Positions 13,949 through 27,287 of a DNA stretch of 64,000 nt are shown here, in pieces. Source of the DNA: Octopus vulgaris. Taxonomy: Eukaryota. The notes beneath the pieces are model-generated. The model searched no databases and had not been told where the DNA came from. It saw only the letters and a program-made list of their open reading frames with translations. Where the stretch lies: contig OX597822.1 of the NCBI GenBank assembly GCA_951406725.2, positions 10,044,001 to 10,108,000 on the forward strand, given 5' to 3'. How positions within the stretch are numbered: position 1 is the first letter of the stretch; every line of letters starts with the position of its first letter. The position numbers and the translations under genes are program-made.

Positions 13949-14039
<91 letters not shown>
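13552..14039. repeat. ~490-bp (TG)n microsatellite
   Basis: Directly visible; source of the CVCV ORFs. Confidence 0.97.
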
Positions 14040-14041
<2 letters not shown>

Positions 14042-14229
14042 CTCTACAGAAGAAAAGTTTTGTTTTAAATATTGAAGGTTAAAAAAGAAAATAGCTCAGC
14101 GTTTAAAGAATGGGGGCAAATGAACCGTTGTGATTCTTTTAGTGACTTTGTAACTACTTCTGCATGTTCAGCAGAAAATTTCAGTTTAGTTTTGCACACT
14201 AACAAAGTATTAAGCATTAATTCATCCAC

Positions 14230-14341
14230 CTTGCAATTCAACTGTCTTTAACAGCGGTGATCTGTTTCCCTTCGAGACAGGAGGAAGAACGTCGGCACTT
14301 TGGCTGGAACGGGCAGCTGTGATTTTCGTTATTATCGTAGT
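14230..14341 (-). other. Candidate 112-nt exon of an unidentified gene
   Basis: GC-richer unique island with acceptor ttaattttcAG and donor AAG|GTGGAT; phase-0 frame is open (TTIITKITAARSSQSADVLPPVSKGNRSPLLKTVELQ). Confidence 0.3.
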
Positions 14342-15505
14342 CTGAAAATTAATCTCATTAGTAGTCATCAATAATTTTTTTCTTTTTCTTTTATGCATTC
14401 GTAGGTACAAAAAATGTTTGACTCTAACTGAGGCTTTTAAATTTCCAGTCCAGTATCAATTTATTAATTTCTCTCAAATTAAAAATATGTCTATCTTAAT
14501 TAACAGAATATTTGAATTGCATTCATGTAGTTTGATATTTTAGATTCTCAACACTATATTATATTATGAGAACTCGGTATCAGATTATGCAATTATATAA
14601 CTTCCCATGAAAACCGAATATGCAATCTGAATTTATTCCAGTTGCAGAATAGAATACCATTCGTGGCAAAGTGAAATCATAGAATGCACGGGCATTAATT
14701 AATATGTTGTAATTTAACTAATTAACATTCATACATTTATGTTGCATATTTCGTAACAAAGAGAATATTTTTCAATGTAAAATACGATGAGATTTTAGCG
14801 GGAAGCAAATCTACTTTGTGAAATGATTTCTTCGGGGATGTGTGTATGGTTTGGTGTTGCTATTGACTTGTTTTCTTTACAAAGGGGACAATTTTTGTTG
14901 AATATCTACATATTAGAACAAAGAAAATGGGGGAATTATAATTTTACTTTTATACTAATTTTAATGATTGGGTAACGGCATTACTTGGACACATCATTCA
15001 ACGGTTTTAGCTGATCTTATCGAGGCCAAGGCATATTTTGATATCTGAAATTAATTTTAGTCAATCGCTCTGCTACTGTTGTTACCAGAAGGAAACGCAA
15101 CTCAGCATAAGGGTTGACACTAGCAGATCTACGTGCAAAATCTCTCAAGCACGCGCACATGCATACACACAAATGTATATAGATATGTGTGTATGCATCT
15201 AAACATATACGTGTGCATGTGTGTGTGAATGTGTGTGTTTGTGCGAGTGTGTGTGTGTGTGTGTGTACGTTTCTGCTTTTCGTAATTCTTTATATTTGTT
15301 TCACTGATTAGGCTGCAGCCATGTTGGGGCACCGCCTTGAATTTTTAATCGAGTGAATCTACCCCAGTACTTAATTTTTAAAGCCTGGTGCTTATTCTAA
15401 TGGTCTCTTTTGTTGAACCGCTATGTTATTAAAACCGGTTGTCAAGCGGTGAGTGGGTACAACCACGAACACAAATATACACCAGCATATGTATATAGAG
15501 ATACA

Positions 15506-15543
<38 letters not shown>

Positions 15544-15559
15544 CTTACTATACCCTTGC

Positions 15560-15750
15560 CAGTCGCCATGATAGATCGTTAGCCACTACACACATTTTTT
15601 TCTCTCCTTGTTTTTTCTGTATCCCTTTCTGTAGAAGAGCGTAGGCTCGAAACGTAAAAGGCTTTTTCTACTCCTGAGCGTTAAACTAATACATCTGTTT
15701 GTTTTGTACGACACCTGTCTTCGTCTTTTGTTTTTTTCGTAAACTCTCCC
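15560..15750 (+). mobile_element. Short hammerhead-bearing element (family H1) next to (TA)n
   Basis: ccttt-CTGTAGA-a-gagc-gtag-gctc-GAAA-C-GTA-aaagg at 15624-15661 (core has A6>U); more decayed second copy at 17027-17175. Confidence 0.7.
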
Positions 15751-15764
15751 TATATATATATATA

Positions 15765-16174
15765 GGCGTAGGAGTGGCTGTGTGGTAAGTAGCTTGCTTA
15801 CGAACCACATGGTTCCGGGTTCAGTCCCACTGCGTGGCACCTTGGGCAAGTGTCTTCTACTATAGCCTCGGGCCGACTAAAGCCTTGTGAGTGGATTTGG
15901 TAGACGGAAACTGAAAGAAGCCCGTCGTATATATGTATATATATATATGTATGTGTATGTGTGTATGTTTGTGTGTCTGTGTTTGTCCCGCCAACATCGC
16001 TTGACAACCGATGCTAGTGTGTTTACGTCCCCGTAACTTAGCGGTTCGGCAAAAGAGACCGATAGAATAAGTACTAGGCTTACAAAGAATAAGTCCTGGG
16101 GTCGATTTGCTCGACAAAAAGGTGGTGCTCCAGCATGGCCACAGTCGAATGACTGAAACAAGTAAAAGAGTAAA

Positions 16175-16176
<2 letters not shown>
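15765..16176 (+). mobile_element. SINE type 1
   Basis: Near-consensus full-length copy. Confidence 0.93.
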
Positions 16177-16221
<45 letters not shown>

Positions 16222-16318
16222 TACATACATACATATATATATATACATACATATATATATATACATATATATATATGAATATAATATATGTAAATACATA
16301 TGTTATATAAGCACACAT

Positions 16319-16396
<78 letters not shown>

Positions 16397-16980
16397 TAGA
16401 AATTGTGTGTAGAAGTAGATGTACAACAGCTACTGTTATGTTTAAAGCTCTACGAGGATTATCATAATCCAGTCTGCTTCCTGCAGAGTTAAGTAACTTC
16501 TATACGGAGTAGTATTACTAGTTATGATCTACAGAGCAAACGTAAGCGAAATAGTTATCTGTAACTTAATGCAATAAAAGTCTTCCCTGTGATCTGTTGT
16601 GCTTAACCATCGAAATGCATTTGGAACACCGAATGCAGGCTCCAAGCAACCATCATGATGAAACGAGCTTAGGAGCTATAATATATACTATGATATAGAA
16701 TTGTCTTTGTTTTTATTTGTATATGTAACGGTTTTTGTCCCCCCACCACCGTCACTTGACAACCTATGTTGGTGTGTTTATATCTCCGTAACTAGCGGTT
16801 CGGTAAAAGATGTCGATAGAATAAGTACTAAGCTTACAAAGAATAAGTCCTGGGGTCGGCTTCCTCGACAAAAGACGGTACTCCAGCATGGCCGTAGTGA
16901 AATGACTAAATCAAATAAAAGAAAACATATATAATATGTAGTATACATGTAATATACAATACATATTCTCTCTCTCTCTC

Positions 16981-17026
<46 letters not shown>

Positions 17027-17027
<1 letters not shown>

Positions 17028-17171
17028 ATTCCTTGTTTCTTTCTGTGTTCCTGTCTGTGGAAAAGCGTAGGCTCGAAACGCTAAACACTTTTCACTTTCC
17101 GAGCGTTAAATTAATACATCTGTTTGTTGCCTACACCACCTATCTTCGTCTTCTGTTTTTTCGTGAATTCT

Positions 17172-17175
<4 letters not shown>
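17027..17175 (+). mobile_element. Family H1 copy with decayed hammerhead
   Basis: Shares GCGTAGGCTCGAAACG, GAGCGTTAAA.TAATACATCTGTTTGTT and terminal TCTCCC with 15560-15750; (TA)n on both sides. Confidence 0.7.
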
Positions 17176-17257
<82 letters not shown>

Positions 17258-20200
17258 TGAGAGAAAGAGAGAGAGAGAGAGATAGTTATGGGGTGAAATA
17301 TAATTAACGAAATTAGATAGAAAACTAATCAAAAATGACAATGCGTAATATCACTTTTGACAGGAATCAAGTATGGACGCATTATAAACCTTCTGTGACT
17401 CAATAAAAAATTTTAAATTCCATAATTAGAAATTATAAGTATTTTTTTGTTTTTTTATAATTATATGTATTAGAAATTAAACTGTGAAAGACATACGATG
17501 GAAGCATATCAAAGGATTAGATGGAAAGCTAATTAGCAATGATAAGATGCAATATCAATTTTGACACGGAAATAGGTATGGACGTGTTAGTTTTGTAAGT
17601 TTGAAAGTTTTATTGTAAATTTGAAAATCCTGCAAATGAAAGCAAAAGGGAAAAATAAAAGCTAATTATTTACGAGCAGTTACAAAAGTTAGGATCCTGA
17701 CTTTATGGTTGCAGGTTCGATGTCATTGCACGGCACCCTAGTGAGGAGTGTATTTTATCATAGCTTCGGTTTTGACTAATACTCTGAGAGTGCACTTCAG
17801 GAGATGGATGTCAATAATGAAAATCGCCATACAGTTGTGTGCATGTGTCTGTGAATGTGCATGGTTTATGTGCATGTGTGCATAAGCCTCACACATATTC
17901 ATAAAAGATTTTACCTAAACGCAACGACAGATATATCTGGCAAATAAAAGATTTAGTCCTAGAAAATTTTTTACAGCTGTTTCAAACATTCGATGATTTA
18001 TTGAGGTAATAATGTGTATAACCTTAATGGGTTTGTATATGATGCAGTAATACATGTCGAAGAAATACATTCTTTTATCAACAAGTAAGCCTAGCCTGAT
18101 ACACTAATATGATCAAGCTGGAAGTGTGTTGAATATTTTCTCCAGAAGGTGCGTCAAAATGTCAATTTTAAAGTAGTAAATCGATATTTAAGGATACACA
18201 AAGTTCCATGAGAAGACGGAAGACGAAGGAAATTTGTGATGGTGAGGAGGAAACAGCAGAAGGAAGAAAGGTTATGAGATCGAAAAGATACAAGTGAAAG
18301 TGAGGGAAAGAAAGAAGGGGGGAAATAAGTATAGAAAAGAGAAAGCGGAAAAAAGAAAGAAAAATGTACAGAAAAGATGAATGGCCCGTAGTCAGTTGAA
18401 ATTAGAGAATTCGCAACAAGTCATAAATTTAAGACGTGTTGTTCTCAAGAGAACAATTATTATAAGTGTGATAATAATATTTTTCTAATATTTGGCATGA
18501 ACAGAAATTTGAAATTGTAATTAAGGAATTATAAAAAAAGAAGCATAAAATACGCATATTTAATTTTTAAAACTTTCATACAAAGTTCTAAAAGTTCCTA
18601 GTCAGTGACAATCATGCGGTGTAACATTATTTCATTCTTTTTTGGAAATCGTCAGCATGATGTAACTCAAGCTTTATGAATTAAACATTTTACGAAGCAA
18701 GGCTTTTCTTACAGATAGAAAATAACTATAGTGGGAAAGAAATTCAAGGAGTGTGTGTGTGGTTCAGTTCTTTTCTTTTTCGTTTTCTTCATAGAGTGTT
18801 AGTAGTTTTGCAATCCATTGAAAAGAGAAAATTCTTAGTATCTACATAGAATTCTACATTGTTATAGTGTCTTATTATAGATACAAACAAAATCCACAAA
18901 CCGTCTTCGATACGTTCTTTGAGGAGTAGATGTTAGTTTGAAGTATTATTTCACAGTGGTAGCCTTTAGTTACGTAGTGGAAATGCTTCACTTCGTTAAT
19001 ATGTTGTCTTGATGAACATCCAGAGTTTGGATGGATTATTTCGAATTCACAGACAGGTTTTCAAACACATGTTATTCTGGTATATAAGTAGAATCAAAGA
19101 GAATTCATTTAGAGAAAAGGAAGAAAAGAGAAAAGAGAATGAACAAAAGAAAGAGCGAGTGGCAGTGACCTTCAGGTGGACTTAATGCAGCATAAGCAAC
19201 CAAACGTGTAGACGAGGCGCGAGAGGAACCACGATAAAAAAAAGCAAAGATATGATAAAAAGAAAAAAGCGACACGAAAGTATGTGAATAGGAATATAGA
19301 ATAGAGAATAAAAATTAAGCTGTAAAATGTCGACGGTTATAAAATAATCATTATAAACAGAAATTGAAGACCGTGAAGGTAGGTCAGAATTATCAAACAA
19401 TCCAGCTTATAGATGTAATAAAGCTGAAGAAAGGTGTATAAAATATAGAATGAGGATGTTAGGTCGAAATAGAGGTGAAAAGTTATCTTCGTCGATTGGT
19501 GCATATTGACCTATGATGAAACATAAATGTTCTAATAAAAGTTGTCTGCAGAAAGTATTAGCCCCACACTAATCGCTAAGGAGACTTCTATACTCCCGTA
19601 ATATTTTCCATGCAGTAGAGATTGCAAGCAGTGCGGACACATTGGTAAATTCTTCTCGTCTAGTTAATATTATAGGACATATTTATAGGTTATAATTTGC
19701 TAACTAGGTGTAAAATTTACTGGTCTTATTATCAAATGAACCGACATGAGATAAGTAGCGTATTTTGAAATCAGTAGAAGATCCAATACATATTTGTATC
19801 GAATTTTGGCACCTAGTATAACTAAACAGAGCGTTTATAAATAGCATTTTATTGTAAGCAATGACCACCCGAGGGGCAGTTGTTGGGTAGTCTTCAATTA
19901 CAATTATTCGGATTATAACTATTCTTATTCTTATTCTTTTCCATAGTATCAGTAATATTACCAGTAGTAGTCTCGTAAGTATTATTATTGTTGTTGTTGT
20001 TGTCGTTGTTGTTGCTGCTATTCCTATTGTTACAATTAACATGGGTATGACTATCTTTAATCTCTTTGTTACTGGGGTAATTATTACTATAATTCTTATT
20101 ACTAGAATTAATGTAATTATAACAAGGATTGTTATAAATATTATTATCTCCAGTATGAATAGTTCTGCCAATGTTGATATTAGCATAATTTCTTGGTAAA

Positions 20201-20368
20201 TTATTTATATCTTTAGTTGTAATTTTAATTTTGTCCCTAGACACGATGTTATTTTGAAGTACCACAATTGTTATTAGAACAGTTCATATTTGCACTAGTC
20301 ACATTAAAATGATTATTATTATTACATGTATTATACTTAGATTTACTAGAAGTGTATACATACATACA

Positions 20369-20400
<32 letters not shown>

Positions 20401-20849
20401 CGCATACATTCATGCATATATATATATATATTACATCGTAATAATACTTATATATATATATATAAACATATGTGTGTGTGTGTGTGTGTGTAAATGTAAA
20501 AAAATATAAACTGGGACAAGAACGTGAAACATTTAGAAGACGATACAAAAAACACGGACGGGACATTCGAAGCCTTCAATCTTCAGTCAAGAACCGGATC
20601 ATCTTCGCAATTTCGGCTGCAGTCAGAATTTTGGATAATTCTTTATTAGCGCTTTCATCCGTTCAATCGAGCTCTTCAAGATATAACTATATCAAACATA
20701 CGAAAGCGCTAATAAAGAATTATCCAAAATTCTGACTGCCTCCGTCTTGATATGTAATATCTGTACACCATAATATCAAATGGTTAGGCGGATCCATCCG
20801 AGCGAAACAGCGCATAGGAAAATAATGGTGAGGACCACTGCTCTATGTG

Positions 20850-21035
20850 GTTAATGGGTTGGCTAGAAAGAGCAGTGACGTTTCAAATCTTACTCTAGCT
20901 TCCTAACAGTTAAAGATATTTTAGATAATGGGAGTGTGAGTACCTTGCAAATTGAAAAAACAAAGATAGTCAGGGCTGGAATGTCTTTGATCTATCTGCC
21001 TGAGGAGGTCTAACCAGGGGCTAAACAATAACAAT
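20850..21035 (+). mobile_element. Old dispersed repeat (probable SINE 3' part); related copy at 23150-23335
   Basis: Both start GCTAGAAA.AGCAG, share GAT.GTCA.G.CT.GAAT and end TAAA.AATAACAA; highly diverged. Confidence 0.4.
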
Positions 21036-21049
21036 TCAACCACGGCTTT

Positions 21050-21955
21050 CCTGACCACCATCACCGATAACTCCACCTTATGACGATGATGATACTACCA
21101 CCTCACAACTACCATCGACAACAATCGTACAACTACTATTGCCACTATTACCATCGCAAGCATTAATACTACCAATATTACAAACACCACTACAGGCTCC
21201 ACCACTATCATCATCACCACTACCAACACCCTTATTTGTATTACTATATCATCACCACTACCACCGTCAATACCATCTCCTCTATCACCCCCACCACCAC
21301 AACGACGACGATCACCACCACCTCTATCACCACTTCCACTACTAACACCACTACCACCATAATCATCATTGTCATGACAACCATCAACGTCACCACCACC
21401 ACCACCACCACCACCACCACCACAACTACCATCACTACCACCACAACTATCATCATTACCCCCACCATCATCACCACCATCAAAACTCTCATACACCATC
21501 ACCATCCCACCCCTACTACAACCATGCCACCACCACAACCACCAACACTGACATCACCATCACCACCGCCATACTAATCATAACCACCACCACCTTCATC
21601 TTCACTACCATAATTATCACCACTACAGCTATAGCCGTTACAACTACCACCGTCACTATCACCACCAGCACCACCACCAGCACCATTGCTACCATCATCA
21701 TCATCATCATCATCATCACTACCACCACCATTGCTTCCACCCAGAAAACCACCATCACCACCACCACAACAATAGCCGTCACAACAAACACCACTGTCAC
21801 CACCACCACCACCACCACCACCACCACCACCACCACCTCCACCACCACTACCACTGCTATCACTTCCGTCACCACTGTGAGAACCACCACCACCACCACT
21901 ACTCCCCCACCTCGATAACGACGACCACCACCGCCGTCGCCACCACTGCCACTAA
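21050..21955. repeat. Degenerate (ACC/ACT/ATC)n triplet tract
   Basis: Directly visible; gives poly-T/V/G/H pseudo-ORFs in several frames. Confidence 0.9.
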
Positions 21956-23363
21956 CTAGCGAATCCACTATCAGAAAACCCACCCGTATACCTACAGCGT
22001 GTTATAATATCCTAAAGATAATCCAGGATTACCGGGTGTAAATTTTGCTAGCATCCTAGGCAACGCAATGAATAATTGCTTTGCTCTTGATGTGCTCCAT
22101 CCTGCTAGCCGACCCGGCATATACTCGCCGTTGTTCCATGTCAGGCTCAAGGTCCACCGTGTCCTTCCACGCCCACCACGTAACTTACCACACTACACCG
22201 CACCTTACCATACACTGATCCGCCCCGTCCCCCCATGCCGCACCATGCTATGCCATTCCATGCTATGCCATGCACCTCGACGTCATGCTACTGCCGCTGT
22301 TCCACGTCTTTACTGCGATTATCTCCCCTCCTCCATCTCACCTCGTTCACCACTTTGTCGCTCTCTCCCTCTCTCTCTCCACCCTACAGCAGCACTCCGC
22401 TCAATCCACCACCACCACCACCACCACCACCACCACCACCACCATTACAATTGTGCAGCGCTATCGCTGTTATCACTCAAAGCAACTACACAGTCACTAG
22501 ACCCGCGAGAATTAGCAACCAAATCTTCAAATCTCGCCGCCCCCGCACACATACACACACACACACACAATCGCGCACCATTGTGTTACATAAAGGAAAG
22601 ACACAAATGATATAGTCGTAGGTATTTTTCTACTGCATCACCTCTGCCCCACCGCCACCATCGCCAAGATCACTCTCGATCAAAGATGACTTGAAGTTAC
22701 GCAACAACAACATTGATTACATTTCTTCAACATTACCACCCGATATTTTTCGTCCACCCTGCTTAATCTCTAATCATAAACACAAGCATGTTTCATTAAC
22801 TTGCTGTAGCCTAACCGTTTATTTCTACTCTAACCGACTGCAAAGATGATGTACCTGACCACCTGATAACGAGCTCAACTTGCTATATACCTATCTAACT
22901 TCTATACAGACCCTATAGCTCCCTAAATAGACACTACCTAACTGTACATGGTGTCGAAATTGCGATGACTTTCGGTCGATAACTGATGAGGGATGGTGTG
23001 TATTCACGTCCATTGTTTTCTGTTTGTTGTTGTTGTTTTTTTTTACTTTCTGTAAGTTGTTTGGTCATCCTTCTGCGTCACATTTTATAATAAACTGTAC
23101 GCATCACTTTACAAGATATTACCAGTGACGGAGTTTCTTTTTGGGAAGTCAAGCAGCTAGAAATAGCAGCAAATTAACCTACAATTCACACCTTACAGTC
23201 TTGAACGAAAGAACACATTGACTAATGAAATCCATGCCTGAAAAATTATGAAGATGGTCATGACTCGAATATTTCAGATCATACAAATGTTCCTTTAAGG
23301 CAGGTTTGGGTTAAATAATAACAAACTGCTGAGTTAAACAACTATCCATCCTGGTATTTTTAA

Positions 23364-23600
23364 GGCGGCGAGCTGGCAGAAACGTTAGCACGCCGGGCGA
23401 AATGCTTAGCGGTATTTCATCTGCGTTACGTTGTGAGTTCAAATTCCGCCGAGGTCGACTTTGCCTTTCATCCTTTCGGGGTCGATAAATTAAGTACCAG
23501 TTACGCATTGGGGTCGATGTAATCGACTTAATACCTATGTCTGTCCTTGTTTGTCCCCTCTGTGTTTAGCCCCTTGTGGGTAATAAAGAAATAGGTATTT
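23364..23600 (+). mobile_element. tRNA-derived SINE type 2, single unit
   Basis: Head GGCGGCGAGCTGGCAGAAACGTTAG, B box GAGTTCAAATTC, core GGTCGACTTTGCCTTTCATCCTTTCGGGGTCGATAAA; 13-bp direct repeat GGTATTTTTAAGG at 23353-23365 and 23594-23606. Confidence 0.9.
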
Positions 23601-24569
23601 TTAAGGGCTGTTCTCTTTTCTGCACTCATAGCTGCAAATCTAGCAAGCCAATTAATTGACCACATATTTCCACTAGATACGTAATTACTATTTAATTGTC
23701 TATCTAATTACCAATCTATCATCCTTCTTGACCACCTACATAACTGTCTACTAGTCTTACCGTTTACCTGTTTTATTAAGCGATAGGTGATTACTAAAGG
23801 TAGGCAGTAGTAATCTGTATGATAGTTATGCATTTTATCCGACACTTTAACGATTACGTCAGTTGGTCAATAGTATAAGTGACCAATAAATGTGTATACT
23901 CGATGTAAAATATAATCATAACTTACTATATTATTTTAGGTAACTGAATTTGGTTAATATATTTACTGAGCACACACAACGAACTGAGAAGATCCTGGCT
24001 TTAAGGGCGTCGCGAATGGCCTAGTTGGGAGCCCAACCTAGAAAAACTGAAGGACCACTGCCATAGGAGTGTGAATCTGAGAGAGGAATATGTTGAATAA
24101 AATCAGGATTAACTAATCCTCTTGTATATTCTTTTGTCCAAAGCCAGGAACTTTTCGGTACCCCATATTACTTGTTTTCTTTTGTGCAATGTTTCAACAT
24201 TCATTTTAGTTTTTGCAATGGTTGTAAAATATTTGTATTTGTGTGTCCATGCACAACTTAAATCGGGGTTTCTCAACATTCAGTAGCTCAGTAACCACTT
24301 TTGAAATGCATGGTGTTTTACGACCGATCCCTTATACCTTGCAAGCCCAAAACTAAAAGTAAGAGAAAACTAGAAAAGAAAAAAGAAAACCCCACATCGA
24401 ACAGGTGTAAATTTTGCGTATTGCTTTACTGATCATTTTTCTAGTTTTTTTTCTTTTTTTGTTATACTCCACCATTCAACGAGAATCTCTTTTTAGATAA
24501 TGGTGTGGATTACTGCTCTTCCGAATTAGAATTTTATGGAAATTTTTTAAAAAGGTAAAGAGTTAAATA

Positions 24570-25479
24570 ATGTTCTCTCACATAGGTACAATTTTGCAGT
24601 TTTAAGTAGAGTTAAGTAAATACTATCGACCCTGATAAAATAAAGTGTTTGACTGGTACTTTATTTATCGACCCGGTTGAGATTTGAAAACTGGGCGTAA
24701 AACACCGAAAGAAATAGTAGGTGAAAATTAAAATTTTTTCAGGAAGGGGACAAGTCCATTATATCGACACCGACGTTCACCTTGGCCTTACGCCGACCTC
24801 GAAAGAAAAAAAAAAGACAAAGGGTACCGCGGCAGAATATGCGCTTATAACGTAAAGACGGAGTAAATTCCGCCCAGCATTTTCTCCGGTATGCTAATGT
24901 CTCTGCCAGACCACCGTATATGCAGCAGTAATAATATTCTTTTCTAGTATAGACACAACGTCTGAAATTTTAGTGGAAATTTTAGCAAGTCCATTATATT
25001 CACACCAGTACTTTGTTGGTACTTATATTATCAACTTCAAAGAAATGAAAGGCAAAGCCATCCTCCGCGAAATTCGAACTCATATCGTAAAGAAGGAGGA
25101 AATACCGCTAAATATTTTCTCTGGCGTGCTAACGATCCTGTCCACTCACTGCCTTTGTAGTAGCAATAATAATGGTTTCATGGTTACAAATTTCAACACA
25201 AGGAAAGGGGGAGAGGCTAAGTAGATTAAATTGATTACCAGCATTCAAATTGTACTTATTTTCTCTCTTTCTTTTCTCATTTACTTGTTTCAGTCATTTG
25301 ACTGTGGCCATGCTGGAGCACCTCCTTTAGTCGATCAAATCGATCCCAGGACTTATTCTTTGGAAGCCTACTACTTGTTCCGTCGGTCTCGTTTGCCAAA
25401 CCGCTAAGTTAGGGGACGTAAACACACCAGCATCGGTTATCAAGCGATGTTGGGGGGACAAACGCAGACACACAAACAT

Positions 25480-25534
<55 letters not shown>

Positions 25535-25800
25535 TACGACGGGCTTCTTTCAGTTCCCGTCTACCAAATCCACTCGCAAGGCTTTGGCCGGCCCGAGGTT
25601 ATAGCAGAAGACACTTGCCCAGTGTGCCACGCAGTGGGACTGAACCCGGAACCATGTGGTTGGTAAGCAAGCTACTTACCGCACCCGAAAGAATAAAAAT
25701 CAAAGTCAACCTCTGCAGAATTTGAACTCAGAAGGTAAAGACAGAAGAAATGCCGCTAAATATTTTTGCCCGGCTTGCTAACAATTCCTCCAGCTCACCC
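24570..25800 (-). mobile_element. Head-to-tail cluster of about four decayed type 2 SINEs, the last split by a type 1 SINE (25262-25683)
   Basis: Repeated ...CACAA(G/C)..TGAAATTTT...TCGAC...GAA(A)TT(T/C)GAACTCA...GCTAAC blocks in the same orientation. Confidence 0.75.
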
Positions 25801-25920
25801 CTATAATAATAGCTATAATAAACCTTTCTACTAAAGGTACAAGGCGTGAAATTTTGTGGGAAGGGCTGAGTCGTTTACATCGACTCCAGCGTTCCACTGG
25901 TGCTTATCTTACCGACTTCT

Positions 25921-26815
25921 TTACGGTGGTGAGCTGGCAGAACCGTTAGCACGCCGGGCGAAGTACTTAGCGGTATTTCGTCTGCCGTTACGTTCTGAGT
26001 TCAAATTCCGCCGAGGTCGACTTTGCCTTTCATCCTTTCGGGGTCGATTAAATAAGTACCAGTTATGCACTGGGGACGATCTAATCGACTTAACCCGTTT
26101 GTCTGTCCTTGTTTGTCCTCTCTGTGTTTAGCCCCTTGTGGGTAGTAAATAAATAAGTATTTCGTGTGCTATTACGTTCTGAGTTCAAATTCCGCCGAGG
26201 TCGACTTAGCCTTTCATCCTTTCGGGGTCGATTAAATAAGTACCAGTTACGCACTGTAGTCGATCTAATCGACTTAATCAGTTTGTCTATCCTATCTGTG
26301 TTTAGCCCCTTGTGGGTAGTAAAGAAATAGGTATTTCGTCTGCTGTTACGTTCTGAGTTCAAATTTCGCCGAGGTCGACTTAGCCTTTCATCCTTTCGGG
26401 GTCGATTAAATAAGTACCAGTTACGCACTGTAGTCGATCTAATCGACTTAATCAGTTTGTCTATCCTATCTGTGTTTAGCCCCTTGTGGGTAGTAAAGAA
26501 ATAGGTATTTCGTCTGCTGTTACGTTCTGAGTTCAAATTTCGCCGAGGTCGACTTAGCCTTTCATCCTTTCGGGGTCGATTAAATAAGTACCAGTTACGC
26601 ACTGGTTTCGATCTAATCGACTTAACCCGTTTGTCTGTCCTTGTTTGTCCTCTCTGTGTTTAGCCCCTTGTGGGTAGTAAATAAATAGGTATTTCGTGTG
26701 CTATTACGTCTCATCCTTTCGGGGTCGATAAATTAGGTACCAGTTGCGTACTGGGTCGATCTAATCGACTGGCACCCTCCCCCGAAATTTCGGGCTTTGT
26801 ACCTAGAGTAGAAAA
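25921..26815 (+). mobile_element. Type 2 SINE with internal tandem array (units 184, 174, 174, 184 bp)
   Basis: TTACGT anchor at 25988, 26172, 26346, 26520, 26704; 19-bp TSD GCTTATC(T/C)TACCGACTTCT at 25902-25920 and 26816-26834; inserted into an older antisense type 2 copy. Confidence 0.9.
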
Positions 26816-26954
26816 GCTTATCCTACCGACTTCTCGGCGGAATTTGAACTCAGAACGTAAAGACGGGCGATGTAATAGCAAACATTTTGTTTAGCATGCT
26901 AACGATTCTGCGAGCTCACCATTTTGTAGTAGCTATAATAATAACGGTGTTTAT

Positions 26955-27287
26955 TAAAAAAAAAGACTCCGCCGGTTACGACGACGAGGGTCCCAGCTGA
27001 TACGATCAACGGAACAGCTTGCTCGTGAAATTAACGTGCAAATGGCTGAGCATTCCACAGACACGTGTACCCTTAACGTAGTTCTCGGGGATAATCAGCG
27101 TGACACAGAGAGTGACAAGGCTGACCCTTTGAAATACAAGTACAACTCATTTTTGCCAGCTGAGTGGACTGGAGCAACGTGAAATAAAGTGTCTTGCTCA
27201 AGGACACAACGCGTCGCCGGGAATCGAACTCACAACCTTACGATCATGAGCCGAATGCCCTAACCACTAAGCCACGCGCCCTCACTG
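26955..27287 (-). mobile_element. tRNA-derived CORE-like SINE type 4
   Basis: Head GGCGCGTGGCTTAGTGGTTAGGGC..GAGTTCGATTCCC, core TGTGTCCTTGAGCAAGACACTT..CTCCAGTCCACTCAGCTG; 11-bp TSD ACGGTGTTTAT at 26944-26954 and 27288-27298; partial relative near 43830-43950. Confidence 0.9.

Noticed and set aside
19704-20265. Hydrophobic 160-aa and Asn-rich 123-aa ORFs
   Set aside because: Decayed (AAT/ATT)n low-complexity sequence.
21095-22615. Gly-rich, Thr-rich (mucin-like) and poly-His/Pro proteins
   Set aside because: Degenerate (ACC)n tract open in many frames on both strands, with no domain or gene structure.
20500-23080. Hammerheads at ~20560-20620 (-) and ~22955-23010 (+), both CGAAATTGCGA..CGGT..ACTGA.GA
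   Set aside because: Probably related repeat fragments, but I could not build stems I-III around the core.
20780-24310. hAT-like termini (GAGGACCACTG at ~20831, AAGGACCACTG at ~24050, GGGGTTTCTCAAC at ~24265)
   Set aside because: No paired TIRs or 8-bp TSD found.
25975-26710. Regularly spaced repeats as a CRISPR array
   Set aside because: Whole 174-184 bp units repeat with no unique spacers or cas genes; eukaryotic SINE context.
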